A stretch of DNA of 64,000 bases, taken from positions 88,947 to 152,946 of the forward strand of contig JAHLWZ010000022.1 in the NCBI GenBank assembly GCA_020536535.1. Direction: 5' to 3'. Both the position numbers and the translations under genes were made by a program. Each line of letters opens with the position of its first letter. Position 1 is the first letter of the stretch. Positions 49,470 through 62,592 of the stretch are shown here, in pieces. This DNA is from Pelomyxa schiedti (lineage: Eukaryota > Protista > Evosea). Below the pieces are notes generated by a model that did no database searches, had not been told where the DNA came from, and was given only the letters and a program-made list of their open reading frames with translations.

Positions 49470-51347
49470 ATGTCCTACTACCACCCTAATGGCAACGTGC
49501 CAATCCCATACAACCCCTGGTACCAACGACCAGGGGCACCCCTGCCTGTTCCGTATGGGGCCTGCTACCCCGGCCCCTACCCGTACCCCTTCCTCGGCGC
49601 CACCGCCACGCCCTGGCCTGTGCCTGTGCCTGTGCCTCGTGCGGTCGATGGCGGAGGCAACTACTGCCCCGCCTCGCAGCAGCCCGGCGGGGGCCGCACA
49701 ATGGGAGGAGCCGGGGAGGCCAGGGCCGAGGGCGGGGCGGACGGGGCGGGGAAGCAGGGGGAGAGCTGCAGCAGTAGGACGCCACAGGGGGAGGGGGAGG
49801 GGGAGGCGGAGGCGGAGGGGGCACGGCGGGTGAGGATGGCGGGGGAGGGGGACCCTTGGCTGCTGGACTTCCTGGAGAGAAATCCTGGGCGCGCTGGGCG
49901 TGTGGACTTTTGCCCCTCAATGGTATGGGCCCCGATTACTATTTACTATTTGTATTTATCTGCGTGGGGATATAATTGTTATTATTATCTGGCCACTTTG
50001 AGTGGTTGATGATGATGTGTTGGAACATGTTTAAGTGGCACTTTAAGGTCATATGCAGAGCAAAAGAAATCTTGAGAATGGTATCAGAAATGGAGGAGTG
50101 CACTCGTTCCGCAAAGACTGCAAAATCCCTGGAAGATGCCAACATTGCTTTGTCACGTGCTGAGCAACTCAAGGTTAACTATATTGACTTGAAATTCGTT
50201 TTAACTTGCAAAGGCCAAAGTAGAAGAGTCTAGCGGTCTCCTGCTATCAGAGAATTCACTCTCCACATCCATTCAGTACCGTTGTGCAAAATCCCAGAGA
50301 AACAAAGTTGGTTACTTCTCTGCCACTGTTTTGATAGACATAGGGAAACCAAACAGTGCCAATAGAAATGGAGGAAAAAAAAGAAGCAACGCGCACAAAG
50401 TATCAGACAAGCACGTGAAGCGGAGTGTGAAAGAGCTCACAAAATTATTGACCAATGGGCAGAGAAAATGCACAGTGAAGAAACAACACGTTTAAGAGTG
50501 CTGGATCACCATTAAATATCTCCATTTAACTGGTCTTCAGAATGCCAAGGTAATGAAAGAAATAGTAAAGCGAAATCACAGTGGGCAAAAAGAGATGGCA
50601 AAACATTCAGATCTGGTGAAGACGCTACTATTACTCGACCAATTACGCTCTGCAAGGCTGTCCAAATCAAAAAGTGAGTTTGTTCAAACATATTCACTTT
50701 TGAATGTGCCACCTTACATTTTTACAGGTGCTGGTCCACCATCAACCCCACCCTTTGAAACCATCATTGATGACATGGAGACTGAAGCCAAGTTGAGTGA
50801 GCTGAGGAAATTCAATTGTATTCCTACCGACGCACAGCCAACAAGCACAGTTCCGCCTCCACCTTCAAGTCCTCCCCCAACACTGAAATTACCTCCTCTT
50901 CCACTAACCCCACCGCCGCCCAATGAAGCCCAATCTTCAACAACCACTGAACCCTCCACACAACAACCTCAACCTTCACAAGAAGAAGTGCCGAAGCCTT
51001 TCTCTGTACTTATAAACGGAGTAGCCATGCCCGTTGCAATGCTCACACCACTTCCACCCCACAAACTGCACAAGCTCAAAGACTGGACCAAGTACTGGAA
51101 CAAACCCAACTGTCACTTCGATTCCTTGATACACTCCAGGTTTCCATTCATTAATTCATCCTGGTTGGCTCTCACTCACAAGCACCGTAGGCAAAAGTGG
51201 GACCTCTTTCTCGTGCCTCCCTCTTTTGGAGCCAGAATTCCTCCTTTGTGGGTTGACCCTCCTGTTACTGGTCCTCTTTGGAAACCCTATGTGATTTTTG
51301 ACAAGGAACAAACGACCTCAGAGAAATTTGACAAGGATTCAAAATAA
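49470..51347 (+). CDS. PDCD7: PDCD7 / U11 snRNP 59K-like minor-spliceosome protein
   Basis: Pro-rich N-terminus with DPWLLDFL, then a coiled coil. After the 51-nt intron (51140-51190) the C-terminus reads WTKYWNKPNCHFDSLIHSRQKWDLFLVPPSFGARIPPLWVDPP...WKPYV. This matches the PDCD7/59K pattern Y......LI..R..WD.YL....GS.IP..WV.PP.....W as I recall it. Confidence 0.75.
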
Positions 51348-51388
51348 AAAGAAACATGAACCCATGCTGTTCTATTATTATTACCCCC

Positions 51389-52969
51389 TTATTCTGAATT
51401 GGTGGTCGCGGTAGTACTAGTTGTAGTACTGGGGGCAGTGGGAGGTTTCACTGCTGTTCCTGGGGTGGCTGCTGATAAAGTTTCGGATTGCCTGGGACCT
51501 TCAGCCTTTTCCAAAGTCAAAAAAAGTTGTAGAAGAAAAAACACGTACGGCAGCAAGTCGCCGTAAACCAAGATCACGTTCTAAAGTAACGACATTGGTT
51601 TCCGCTGCTAATGCCCTTGCCTTCCAATATGCAACAGAGTCCTGTTAAAAGAAAGAGAGAATTTGATTTATGACGAGTCAAAAACAAGAAGAAAGACACA
51701 CATTTTCCGCAGGTGTTGGCTCCGTGACTGGTGAGGATCCAGTTGCTGCTCCGGACATTCTAAGACTGGACTGTGCTTCCCTTTTTATTATTATTATAAT
51801 TATTTTTTTTTTTTTTTTTGGTATTGGAGATTTGCTTACCTTTGTCTCCGAGTTTCATAGTCATACTCAAGTTGCTGGGCTTGAGTAATACTAATAGTGG
51901 CAGGCTCTACACTCAGCCAATTTCCGTCAATGTTGACAAGGTTGTCAATTTTCTCTTGAGGACCCTCTCCATCCTCCACAAACTCAACAAGAGCGTTTTT
52001 GACTTTGCCTTTTGGGTACCTTTCAGGGTTAATGTAAACTGTACTTGGTCACAAATTCGAAATACGAACCATTTGATACTTCGAATTCCATGTGGGACAT
52101 TGAACAGATTAGCAATCTGGCTTGAAGTTACGTTCTGGGGTACGTTCTTCACAACCAGAGTTTTCTTGACTTCAGCAGCATAACGTTGCTTCTCCATAAT
52201 GTCAATTGTCGCTGTTTCTTGAATTACTCGAGATAAGGTTAAAGCCGATCTCCCAGTTGGAACTGTGGTTGGAGGACGGGACATCGCAGGTTTAGCTGCC
52301 GGTGTTGAAGAAGCCGAAGTTGTTGTGGAGATAGAAGTTGAAGAAGTAGGCGTGGGAGTAGACGTAGAAGGTGTAGATGTGGTTGCCACAGGTGTGGGAA
52401 GAGGTGTAGGAGTGGGAGTAGGTGTCGGAGTAGTGGGGATTGCTACTGGGATTGGGGTAGGTGTTGCTACTGGCATAGGGAGTGGTACGGGGGATGCCAC
52501 TGGCATGGGTAAAGGAGTCTCCACAGGCATGGGCATTGGAATTGGAAGGGGCGATGCGGTGGATGAAGGAGACGAAACTGGCAATGCAACAGGCATCACA
52601 ATAGGGGAAGGAGCAGGAGTTGGCATTGGGGGCAAAGCCACAACAGGAGGCAAGCTGATACCTCCAAGAGTGACCGCAGACGATACGACAGCACCAAACG
52701 ACAGGTTTTTGAGGCCAGTAGTAGCAGCTGGGCGGCTAGCAGAAGCAGGAGTAGCCGACGCACCACCACCCACAGCCAGATCGCGTGCACGTGCCCATTG
52801 GGCTCGCGCTTTGGCAATGGCTGTATTGTATGTGTATGTTTTGCGTTTGTGGTTTTGTGCTGTGTGTTAGTGTGGTGTAACTTACATCGTACGGTGACTA
52901 AAACCCAACATACAACACAATAAACACGACAATCAGCGTGGATGCCGAATTACCGTCTGCCGAACTCAT
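51389..52969 (-). CDS. Pro/Thr-rich protein with one RRM domain, multi-exon
   Basis: TLVVKNVPQNVTSSQIANLF (RNP2-like), then after an intron WYPKGKVKNALVEF...NIDGNWLSVEPA. The 5' part includes a 12-nt micro-exon. Stop TAA at 51389. Confidence 0.65.
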
Positions 52970-53202
52970 CTATGGCCTGTTGCTTTTTTTTTTTGAGTTT
53001 TTAGTAGTCCGGTGGAGCAACTATTTCTGAGGATTATCATAACAAGATCCGGCTCCGGGATACCGACCTCAGCTGTTAAAAATAGTACTGGTAGGTATCT
53101 CGTTGTCTATCTCGTCGTCGAATTCCAGTTCCTTAAATCGAGGAAACAAAATCTCGGCGTGTTTCGTACACGATTAAGAAAAACACAAACTAGCTGGGCG
53201 CC

Positions 53203-55426
53203 ATGAAGCGTATTGATGTGCGGGATCTTTGTGGCAATACGAGGGACTTGGTTTGTTGCTCCGGTCCATCAAGATCTACTGTTGTGGTACCAGACGTAGT
53301 CCGGCCCGTATGTGTGGTATTATTTTATTTATTTTGTCTCGGCGTTGACGCTGTTACAGGCTCAAAACGACGTTACTACTACTGAGGAAGTTACGAAGCC
53401 GTCAGCAGAAGAAACACCCAAAATACCTCTTTGCTCTGTGTGTGGTGTGCGTTTATCCGAACAAGAACAGCGGGCTCATTACAAGTCTGACTGGCACTCC
53501 TTCAACTTGAAATTAAAACTGAGTGGTGGACGTCCTGTCTCCGAGCAAGAGTTCACTGACATTGCCACCCACGGAGGTCTTATCGCGCACTTTGTCTGAA
53601 AGAATGAAACAAACTCATAGATGTGGAAATACCAAGTGACGAAGAATCTCCCATAGAATCTTCAGATTCTGAGCCAGAGGAACTAGTACTTGAGTGAGAA
53701 TGCCTCTCCTTCCCAATTGCTCCTAACCTGTCTATTTCTTTTTTTTTTTTAGCACGGGCACTCCGCAAGTAACTTTCACATCTCGTATTACTGGAGATCA
53801 TTACACCCTGTGGAAATGTGTCATCACTCCACTTCTGCCTTCCACCACCAGTGCCGACTCGTTCAACACTGCCTCTGTTGATGCTTTGACTCGATTGTGC
53901 CAAGGATTGTTCTCTTGGGCCTTCATTCTTTGTGGTGGTATGTTTCTGTTCAATATCAAAAGGAATTCATCATAAATGCCTTAGGTGGGTATTTTGCCGG
54001 TGCTATCTACGAGCATGATCACATTGTAGCACATAAAACTTTCCATAGGTATTACCAATCAACAAACAAATTAAGGGAAACCTGACCCTTTAGATATACT
54101 GTACGCAAAAAACAAGGTGGCACTCAATCTACAAGAGATGCTAAAGGCCATGCCCCACAATCCGGTGGTGCTGGATTGAGACGATACAATGAAAAACGGT
54201 TAACAGAGGTAGCTCCAATGTTTAATTATCATGTTTTTCTCACTTTTTTTTAAAAAAAATAGGACATCATTGAGCTTATGGCCCAATGGTCACCACAATT
54301 CAGACAGTGTACCCATATATTCATCCATGCTCCTGGCTCCAACCGTAAACTGTTTGTTGGCAAACTTGCACCTTTTCAGCCAGAAGATCCAAGAGTACAA
54401 TCAATACCCTTCACTACTGGAAGGGCGACCTTAATTGAAATAGCAAAGGCAAAGCAGATGCTATTGTCGTGCACTTGGGAGCAACGCAGTGCCTTTGATA
54501 GTGTTTCAGGATTACTGCTGGAATTGCCAAAGCTTGATAAGGAGAAAGCACTTCTGGCATTATGTGCTGTTGCAAGGGACACTGACTCGATCCAACAAAT
54601 CTTCCAACTCGTTTTGACCCCTGTAGAAGCGGTGCAACCACTTGGAGGATTTCAGAGCGCCACTTTTTTCCTACTTCACTCTCTTTGCGCTCGGGGGTCC
54701 TTGGCTGAGGCACAGCACCTTCTTCATCTCATCACTGCTATCCCTAATGAGGCAAGTTCCGCTGCGACATGCACCCCCAAAATTCTCCTTTCAATGCAAA
54801 ACGGGGAAAATGGCACATGTTTACATGCTGCCTCAATAAACGGTTTTGGAGAAGCCGTAAGGATGCTACTGGAAAGTGGTTCAGACCCCACAATCAGAGA
54901 TACTCAAGGAAAAACCGCCTACGATGTTGCACTCACGTCAGCAGCAAGGACAGTGTTCCGGCAATTTGCCACTGAACACCCAGACATGTTCGACTACTCT
55001 TCAGTGGGAATTCCACCGCTCAGATCCGCTCCTCAACCAACTCCAACAGAAGAACCAACACCAACAAACACAACAACCCCTTCAAAAAAGAAGAAAAACA
55101 AGAAGAGGAAAAGCAAGAACAACCCTCCACCTGAAGCCATCCCAGAAACTTCAACCCCAATAACAGTCCCAGCAAAACCCAAGAAAACCAACAAGCCACC
55201 AAAGACCGCCAAGGCCACCAAAGACACCAACACACCGGTAACACCCTTTCGGTCTACCAGCAACACACCCGCGCCTCCCGCCAGTAAATCCACACAAGCA
55301 GCACCTCCCGCGGAAGGGTGCTGTTCATACTGCTCCAAGCCCCTCCCTTCAGAGCCCTTCTCGCGGCTCAGCTATGTCTACTGCACCACAGCCTGTGTAG
55401 CTGCACACAGAAAGCAACTCTCCTGA
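53203..55426 (+). CDS. ANKZF1: ANKZF1/Vms1 peptidyl-tRNA endonuclease (ribosome quality control)
   Basis: C2H2 finger CSVC...QRAHYKSDWHSFNLK; VLRF1 domain GGYFAGAIY...HKTFHR|YTVRKKQGGTQS...LRRYNE; ankyrin TCLHAASINGF...GSDPTIRD; C-terminal treble clef CSYC...YCTTACVAAH. Confidence 0.93.
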
Positions 55427-55492
55427 ACCAACCATTAGTTCCCTATCAAGATGATTAAAAAAGAAGCAGCTAATATCAAACAAATTTTGCTC

Positions 55493-57431
55493 TTAGGATG
55501 ATTGTGAAGGCGGTGATGGGGTGGCGTGCGATAGGAAATTCCGGTAAATGTTGAGGTACTCTGGAGCCTTGAGCCTGTAGATGTTTCCCCTTGACATGGT
55601 TATCAGCTGTGCCTCCACAAGGAACTTGAGGTTGTGTGCCAGAGCTGCCTCGGAGTGCAGAACATGTTGAAGCCTGCATTGGGAGAATATCTTGTCACTG
55701 GCCACGGGGTGCACTCTCACAACTTGATGGTTTGGTGATGGTGGTGATGCCGGTGGTGTGGTTTGTGCTGCTGTTGCTGTTGTAGTTGGTGTTTGTTGGG
55801 TTTTGGTTACAAGGTCAAGTACAATTCGAAACACGGCCAGGCTTGTTGCTGATTGCTGGGATAGAGTTGCTTGGACTCCACTGAGTGAAAGTGAACCCAT
55901 CCTCTGTGCGTGCTCGGCTGATGTCTGTTGCGCATTATTTATATGTGTGAAAAGGGATGCGTGGGGGAAAACTACTCACCTTGAAGGACAACTCTTCGGA
56001 AAATGGAGTGTAGGTGTGAACTTCGTACCACATGAAATGTAGTATCTCCTGCTCTTTAGGTGTCCACCAGTTTGCTACTAAGCAACCTGCAATGAAGAAC
56101 AAATGGGAGTTTGCTTCTTGCCTTCTGTGTCGTAATTAATTCATTATGGAGGTGAGGTTGCACACAATCAGCAGTCACTACTATCCTGACTCCTTTCAAT
56201 CGCGCCAGACTCAAAATGGCCTCCTGGCATTCTGGAGGAGCAAGCGCAGGATCATCGATATTATGGATCAAAACTACCAACACCAACTGTCCGGGAAAGG
56301 AATGCTCACAGTACTCCTCAAGTTCACCCCATATTGGTCGCTAAACAAGTATGTGTTAAAAAGAAACTCAGCAGTGTGGGTAGCACAAAACCAGAAGGAA
56401 AAAAAAAAGGAGAGAAGTTTTATCCTATAGAGGAAAGGGAGTGTTACCTGGTTGGGACCAACGAAATTCACACCGGCACACACGCGCTCCAGAATCCTCG
56501 ACGGGAAACTTTGCGGGTGCTTGTACCCATGCACCTCCAGCACCGCTACGTCGTTCAAAAGGGTCTCTTCCGCGAATTCGTGCGCAGCATCCTTCTTGGA
56601 ACCTATTCCATACAGAGCCACGTTGTACCCGCACAGCAGCGCCGCCCTCCACCTCTCGAAGTCGGCCGTCCCATAACTGCGGGGCACAGCCTCCGCGCCA
56701 CCCCCGGCGGCGCCGCCGCTCACCTCGCCCTTCGCGGAAGACGACGACCTAGCGGTCGCCGCCGCCGCAGCCGCCGATGACCGCCTCTCGGCCCTCGCAG
56801 CCCTGTCACTCACCCCAGAATTGCGAACCACCTCCTCTGGACTAGATTCACCGCCGTCGCTCTCTCTATCTCTATCTGTATCGCTATCGCTCCCGCTCTC
56901 GCCGCCGTCCTCCCTGCCCTCGTCCTCTTCGTCGTCGTCGTCGTCCTCCTCCCCTTCCCCCTCGCCCTCGCCTTCGCTCTCGCTCTGGCTCTCGTCTTCC
57001 CCTTCCCCGGTCTCCTCGCTGTAGTGCCGTGCGTCCTCGTCGTCGTTGTCTGCGGCGCTGTTGTCGACGGTGAGGGCGGTGGAGCCGCGGCGGTAGTTGC
57101 TGGCCCGCCCACAATTGGCGTTTGCACCGGTCACTCCGCTCTCGCGTTTCGTTCTCGGCGCCGGTCTTCGCTGGTTGTTGCCAACATTCTTGGTGCTGCG
57201 CTCGGGCTCGTCGTCACTGGGTGCAGCGCGCCCGAACGTCGACTCGTCATTGTAGGCCGAGGCCTTCAGGTCCACAGCCGGGCCGTCCTCCTCCTCCTCC
57301 TCCTTGACTCGCCTCACGCCGCCGATTATTGGAAGGCCGGACACGGGCACGTCGAGACGCTCCACGGACACGGACACTACAGAACGCGGCGACACGCAGC
57401 GAGGTGACACTGGCAGATTCTGCGCAGCCAT
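55493..57431 (-). CDS. ORC2: Origin recognition complex subunit 2
   Basis: Acidic low-complexity N-terminus; FERWRAALLCGYNVALYGIGSKK; VLEVHGY; VLIHNIDDPAL...LSLAR; winged-helix-like FSQCRLQHVLHSEAALAHNLKFLVEAQLI. Confidence 0.85.
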
Positions 57432-57583
57432 GAAGCACAACAAAAAAAAAAGTACAGATTACAGATTCGAAATTAGTTGGGTTGAAGGGTGTGTGGCTCG
57501 TATTGCCACTCACACAACAGACAGCAGTCCCACTCAGCCACTTAGTGTTGTCATTGACAAGAGGAGTGTGCAAATGACAGGAG

Positions 57584-58927
57584 TCAAGAGAGAGGGAAAG
57601 AGAAATGTTCAATGAATGCGTCAAGCTGTTCAGGGATGGGCCTGGACAATTGGAAGGTGACCACTTGGGCGCCAGAGGACTCCTCAGTCACGTGTATCTC
57701 CTGCATGGATGGGCTCACTTGGAACACCAAACCACCCTCGACGAAAGGACGTTTGAATGCCCAACCACGGCGGTCACGCCTCTGTGTTCTGACCGGCTTG
57801 GTGCTGTCATTGACATCCCACACTTCGTAAGTGCCATCGTGGTCCTTGAAAAGGCAGAGTTGTGACTCGTTCAGCTGTGATACAAGCCAATGGGTAGGTG
57901 GTGTACGCCATGGAAAGGTGCACCTCATCATGCCAGTTCCCTCCTCAATCGTCATGCACTCCATAGCATGGTAATACAGCACAAACGAATGAGAGCCTCC
58001 CTCTTGCTTGCACACACAATAAGCTCTTCCAAAGTTATCAAAACGAACACAATCTGGGGGGACGTGACTCGGTCTGGGCACAGTTGAACTTAAAACTGCC
58101 AGCTTGTTTGATGCACATGTTTGCACGAGATCCACCAAAGCAAGCTCGAAGAACTTGGAATCCTGATGTCGGTCACAGGAGAGAACCAAAAGCTGGTCTT
58201 GGTTGTAACTCACAAACAGGTGATGAAATATAGTTCCCCTCTTGTCAAGTGGCACAACAGTTGGCCTCCTGACGGTTGTGGAACCGCCACTGCCAGAGGT
58301 ATTCCTCCTCATTGGTATCTCAACAACAACCAGCTCCTGTGAGTGGCAGCAACACAACACCAGCCACTTCCCGTTTGTCAAGGGTGTCCCGCTGTAACCC
58401 TGAAACAGCGGTGTCCTCTCTCCAGTGGCCCTATCCTGCACACAAAATGCGTGGTCGTGTTGCATTTCCAGCACCAGGTAGTCCACGTTGGCACCCAACG
58501 CCCTGGTGCCGCCCCCGTCGACCCACCACTTCATCCCATGAGTCAGTGTCAGCAGCGCCGCCGACACCGAAAACGTGACCAGCACCCTTTCGTCGAGGTC
58601 GGCGGTGTCCAGCAGCACACAGTGAAACCTGGAGCTCTCCATGAGCCACCCCCACAGCAGCCTCACCGCCAGCAGCCCACCGTCACCGCCAGCGCCGCCG
58701 GCACCCATAATTGTCGACGGCGGCGACAGCAGCAGCGGGCACCGCGCCCCGCACCGCCGGTGTGTTCCCATGGCCAACGCGAAGACCTGGTCCCTGGCCG
58801 AGCCCGACGAACCAGGCGCTATAGCCACAACCTCGTCAGCATCGCCAACAGGATCAGGTTGCAGGTAGTCGTCGGAAACATTTGTTGTGATGGTAGTGGT
58901 GCTAGCGGCGGGACCTGTTTGAGCCAT
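57584..58927 (-). CDS. Hypothetical single-exon protein, probable beta-rich fold; likely member of a lineage-expanded family
   Basis: Intact 447-aa ORF with an A-rich leader. N-terminal motif ARDQVFALAMGTHRRCG; beta-strand-like NGKWLV, YEVWDVND, FVEGGLVF. Confidence 0.65.
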   Translation of the reverse strand: MAQTGPAASTTTITTNVSDDYLQPDPVGDADEVVAIAPGSSGSARDQVFALAMGTHRRCGARCPLLLSPPSTIMGAGGAGGDGGLLAVRLLWGWLMESSRFHCVLLDTADLDERVLVTFSVSAALLTLTHGMKWWVDGGGTRALGANVDYLVLEMQHDHAFCVQDRATGERTPLFQGYSGTPLTNGKWLVLCCCHSQELVVVEIPMRRNTSGSGGSTTVRRPTVVPLDKRGTIFHHLFVSYNQDQLLVLSCDRHQDSKFFELALVDLVQTCASNKLAVLSSTVPRPSHVPPDCVRFDNFGRAYCVCKQEGGSHSFVLYYHAMECMTIEEGTGMMRCTFPWRTPPTHWLVSQLNESQLCLFKDHDGTYEVWDVNDSTKPVRTQRRDRRGWAFKRPFVEGGLVFQVSPSMQEIHVTEESSGAQVVTFQLSRPIPEQLDAFIEHFSFPLS

Positions 58928-59296
58928 TTTTGGGACTCACCTTTTCAAACAAAACTCTCACTTCAACGGGAGAAAAGGCAGGGAAAATTCCAATGTCTGG
59001 ACCACACGTTCTACCGTTTCAGCCTCTGAGGGGCACATGGCCGAATACGAAAAAAATGTTCCTTTTGATTTGATTTGTACTGGAGCACTGAAGGCGGTAT
59101 TGCCAATACAACATGTGGTCCTTGCAGTCATCATCCCAATCATCACTGACTGAATCTTCTGGGCGGCGGTGTGGCCAAGGACAGGAATAAAAAGTTACGA
59201 ATGGCTCTCGGCCGAAAAATACGACACAGAAGAAAGTTTGTTTGAAGCTTCTCTTGGCTTTTTTTTCCGCTACAGTTGGTTGCGTATGTTCGCTCT

Positions 59297-62200
59297 TCAG
59301 TTTGAGTTGCTTTGGGTGAAGGGACTGTGCCTGATGTTGTGACCGTGAAGCGTGGTTGTGACTGTGTAGGCTCCGGCCTCGGGCAGTGCGTAAGATACGT
59401 TGTAGGTCCCGTCGCCCTTGTCCTCGAGCTTTGGTTGCGTTTTGATCGGTCCGGAGGGAGTGGATATGACCGGAGTGAAGGGGTCGCCTCCCTTCTTGTG
59501 GAGCTCGCCGGCTTTGTTGCGGGCTACAATGGTGAACGAGTATCGCTCGATGCAAGTGTGGGCAAAGTCGGCCCCGGCCTTGACATTCACGGTGTAGGGT
59601 GATTCCGCTACGGATTGTCCTTCCAGGGTCAGGGTGATGGTGTGCTTGCCCTTGACATCCGGAGAGTATGTGATGTTGTAGGTACCATCACCTGGTGAAG
59701 TAAGAACTAGGTACAGGAAGAAAGGGAGACAACCATTATCGTCAATGTGGCTTGGGGCCTCAGCGCCGGTTGGTCCAACAACTTTCGGCACAAACGGGAA
59801 TCCTCCTTTGTCCATCCTCTTTCCTGTTACATCCTTGGCCTCCAGTGTGAACTCAGTGGGCTTGGTATCAGAAACGTCATTTCCAAGTCCAGGCCCGAAG
59901 GCGTGGCATTTTTTGGGATCCACACCAGCTAAAGGTTGTAAGAACTCCCAAAAACGTTAGGTACAAAAAAGAAGAAAGCATACGCTCAACGTCCAAGATT
60001 TTCGGGCTGTCTTTAATATGGGTCCAGTAGAGAGGTGTGTAAGGGTGGTGGAGTGCAATGGAAATTTTATGTTTCCCAGGAAGAGGGGCATGATACGAGG
60101 CAGTATAGGTACCGTTACCATTATCTACAACAGTGGCACCTGGGACTGGGGAGGGAAGTGTGGGTGCACAATACATTTAGAGCACAGAGAAATACGTTCA
60201 TCGTCCTGTGGAGTGCATACTTCTACACTGAAAAGATCACCACCCTTTGTCAGTTTCTCTCCGTTTGGTGTAACGGCTTGGATTGTGAAAGAAGTAGGAT
60301 GGAAAGTCTCCACTGGGCCATCAATACCAGGACCAAAAGCGTACGAAAGGGCTGCTGTGGCAGCTATTTTGAAGTGAGTAGGAGGAGGTGAGGAGACACA
60401 GAAGTTACCGTTGGGATCCTGAGAGACTGTAACGTGGAAAGGACTGTTGGCAATCGGCTTAGAATGGACGGCAACAGAAACTACATCTTCCCCAGGGGAT
60501 GGTTGATAAGTAGCGGTATAGGTACCGTCTCCATTGTCAACAGTTTTCGATGGAATATCGTCACCGAAGGGACCCTTGTAAAGTGAGTACGGGATGTGTG
60601 CTCAAAGGAATTTTACCTTCACTGCGGTAACAAATTGTGCTCCACCACATGTTATAGGATCTCCCAGTTTATTGCACGCCTGAATGGTAAAATGTGTTGG
60701 GGCTGCAGCATCACATCCTTCAACACCAGGGCCAAAGGCCTTGCACTTCGAGGGATCGGCAACTTAATTATTGTTGGAAATTTTCAGAAAGAAGACAATT
60801 CCGGTACCAGGAGGAGATACAGAAACGAGGAATGGACTCTTTATGATGTGAATATCGTTCAGGGTGACTGCCAACTTGTTTGGCCCAGCCTTTCTGGGTA
60901 CATATGTCGTAATATAAGATCCATCACCCTTATCTTCAATGGATATATCTGAGGGAGGTATCTGTGTTCCGTCGGGCGCTGGTACCAGAAGTGAATGGAA
61001 ATAAACCGCAACTAGATCTCATACCAGTTAGAGACACTCGCCATTCGGCCCCACCGCAAGGGCACTGTCGTCCAAATTGATTTTTCGCTACAATTTTGAA
61101 TGTAGCTGGAATATTAACTTCCGCACAAGCGAGGCCATCACCAGAAGCGGTGCATTTGGAAGGATCGGGTGCTAGCAGAATCAGGCACAAGAAATGAGAG
61201 GAAAAATAACAAACTTCTTTCAGCTAACTCTTGAGCACGCTTGATAGCCATAGCATCTTGCATTTTTTGCATTTTATCATCCTTGAGAGGGTTACTTCAC
61301 TGAAGATGCCAACAACATGCTTACATAATCTCGGAAATAGGATATATAAGTCATCATACTGAGAGCATCACTTGCAGCAACAAGATCCTCGGGGAGAATC
61401 AGAGGAGGGATGTCCATCTGAGTTTCAGCTGTATTAATGCCAATTGTTGCATTCTCAAGGGCGCGGCCCTGGAAGTTATTAAGTGAATCACGTTTTCTCA
61501 TAAAATGCTCACAGGGGATCTAGTTGACATATCAATTGGTCGTTCCTGCTTCAGAGCATTTACGAGAGCACAGATTGCCATACCATCTGCCCAGCTAAAT
61601 AAAGTTTGTTGTTTGTTTCAAACAACGGAAGATTATTTAGCTAAAACAAACCTGTCTGTGAAGTTGTTTATATTGTACTCAGGGATCTTGGACCTGACCC
61701 AATCCAGAAGAGCATTTTTGTTTGCTTCCTCTGCAAGGTCTTTAAGAAAATGAAGAAAAAAAGAAAGCGTGTACCGCGTCCTTTTTGGATCTAGCATAAA
61801 ATTAGGAACAACAATTGTGAAAATGGGCTTACTTGGTATCTCAGAATGATGGTCCAAATAAGACCCAGAATAAGCTTCAAGTTACCGTCGATGATGTCTA
61901 AGAAATGGCACAGTTATTGCTTTGTGGGTAGATCGTTTGTAATACTTGGTGCAGCAATGTTGACAAGCTTCAGGCCTTCATTCTCCAGGAATTTGAGGCA
62001 AAATGTGGTGTTTTCCAGTTTGTGGACACGCATGCGAGGATTTTTGTTGTGCGGGACCTTCTTGTCTGAGATAAGTTCGATCAAGTTGGCAAGAAGAATT
62101 CCGTCATTCAAGTCTTTGGCAATATCTTCTATGTGCATGTTTCGTCCAACAAGGTGAGTGTTGGCCCATCGAGTAAACGTTTTTTTCTTTTCGAGGGGGA

Positions 62201-62311
62201 AAAAAAAAAATTACAAACTGCCATTCGCTTATCGTCGCGTGAAGGGGAAAAAAAAGTGCTCACTTGCACAAGGACCCACTGCTCCTGAAGCCTCTCGTCT
62301 GATCCCGACAT
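59297..62311 (-). CDS. Filamin / gelation factor (ABP-120-like): two CH domains + about 5 filamin repeats
   Basis: WVLVQ|KKTFTRWANTHL...DLNDGILLANLIELIS; ALLDWVRSKIPEYNINNF; DALSMMTYISYFRDY. Repeats begin PSKCTASGDG, PSKCKAFGPG, SYAFGPG, KKCHAFGPG and ADFAHT, with DNGDGTY motifs. Confidence 0.93.
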
Positions 62312-62592
62312 GTTTATTTTTTGTTTTTTTTTATTTTTTTGGTTGTGTGTCTCTTGTGTCTCTTTGTTTTTGATTTTTGCCGGGGGGTTATTTTGTTGTT
62401 TAAAAACTCTGTTACTGGAAGTGGTCCTTCCGGGGATTTCGACCTAAAAAAACATTTCAGATGAAGATTGGGTTTCCATGAGACTCCTAGTGCTGCTCGT
62501 GAAGGTGCAACAGTTTGGCATGTGACATTATTAGGTACTCTGATGCGCCTTTGCTGACATCACCCGTAATTTCCAGAAAATAAAACAAAAGA

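Noticed and set aside
59040-59160. Possible C/D snoRNA (TGATGA boxes, TACCGC also seen near 7150)
   Set aside because: No properly placed D box or terminal stem, and the rRNA complementarity is too short.
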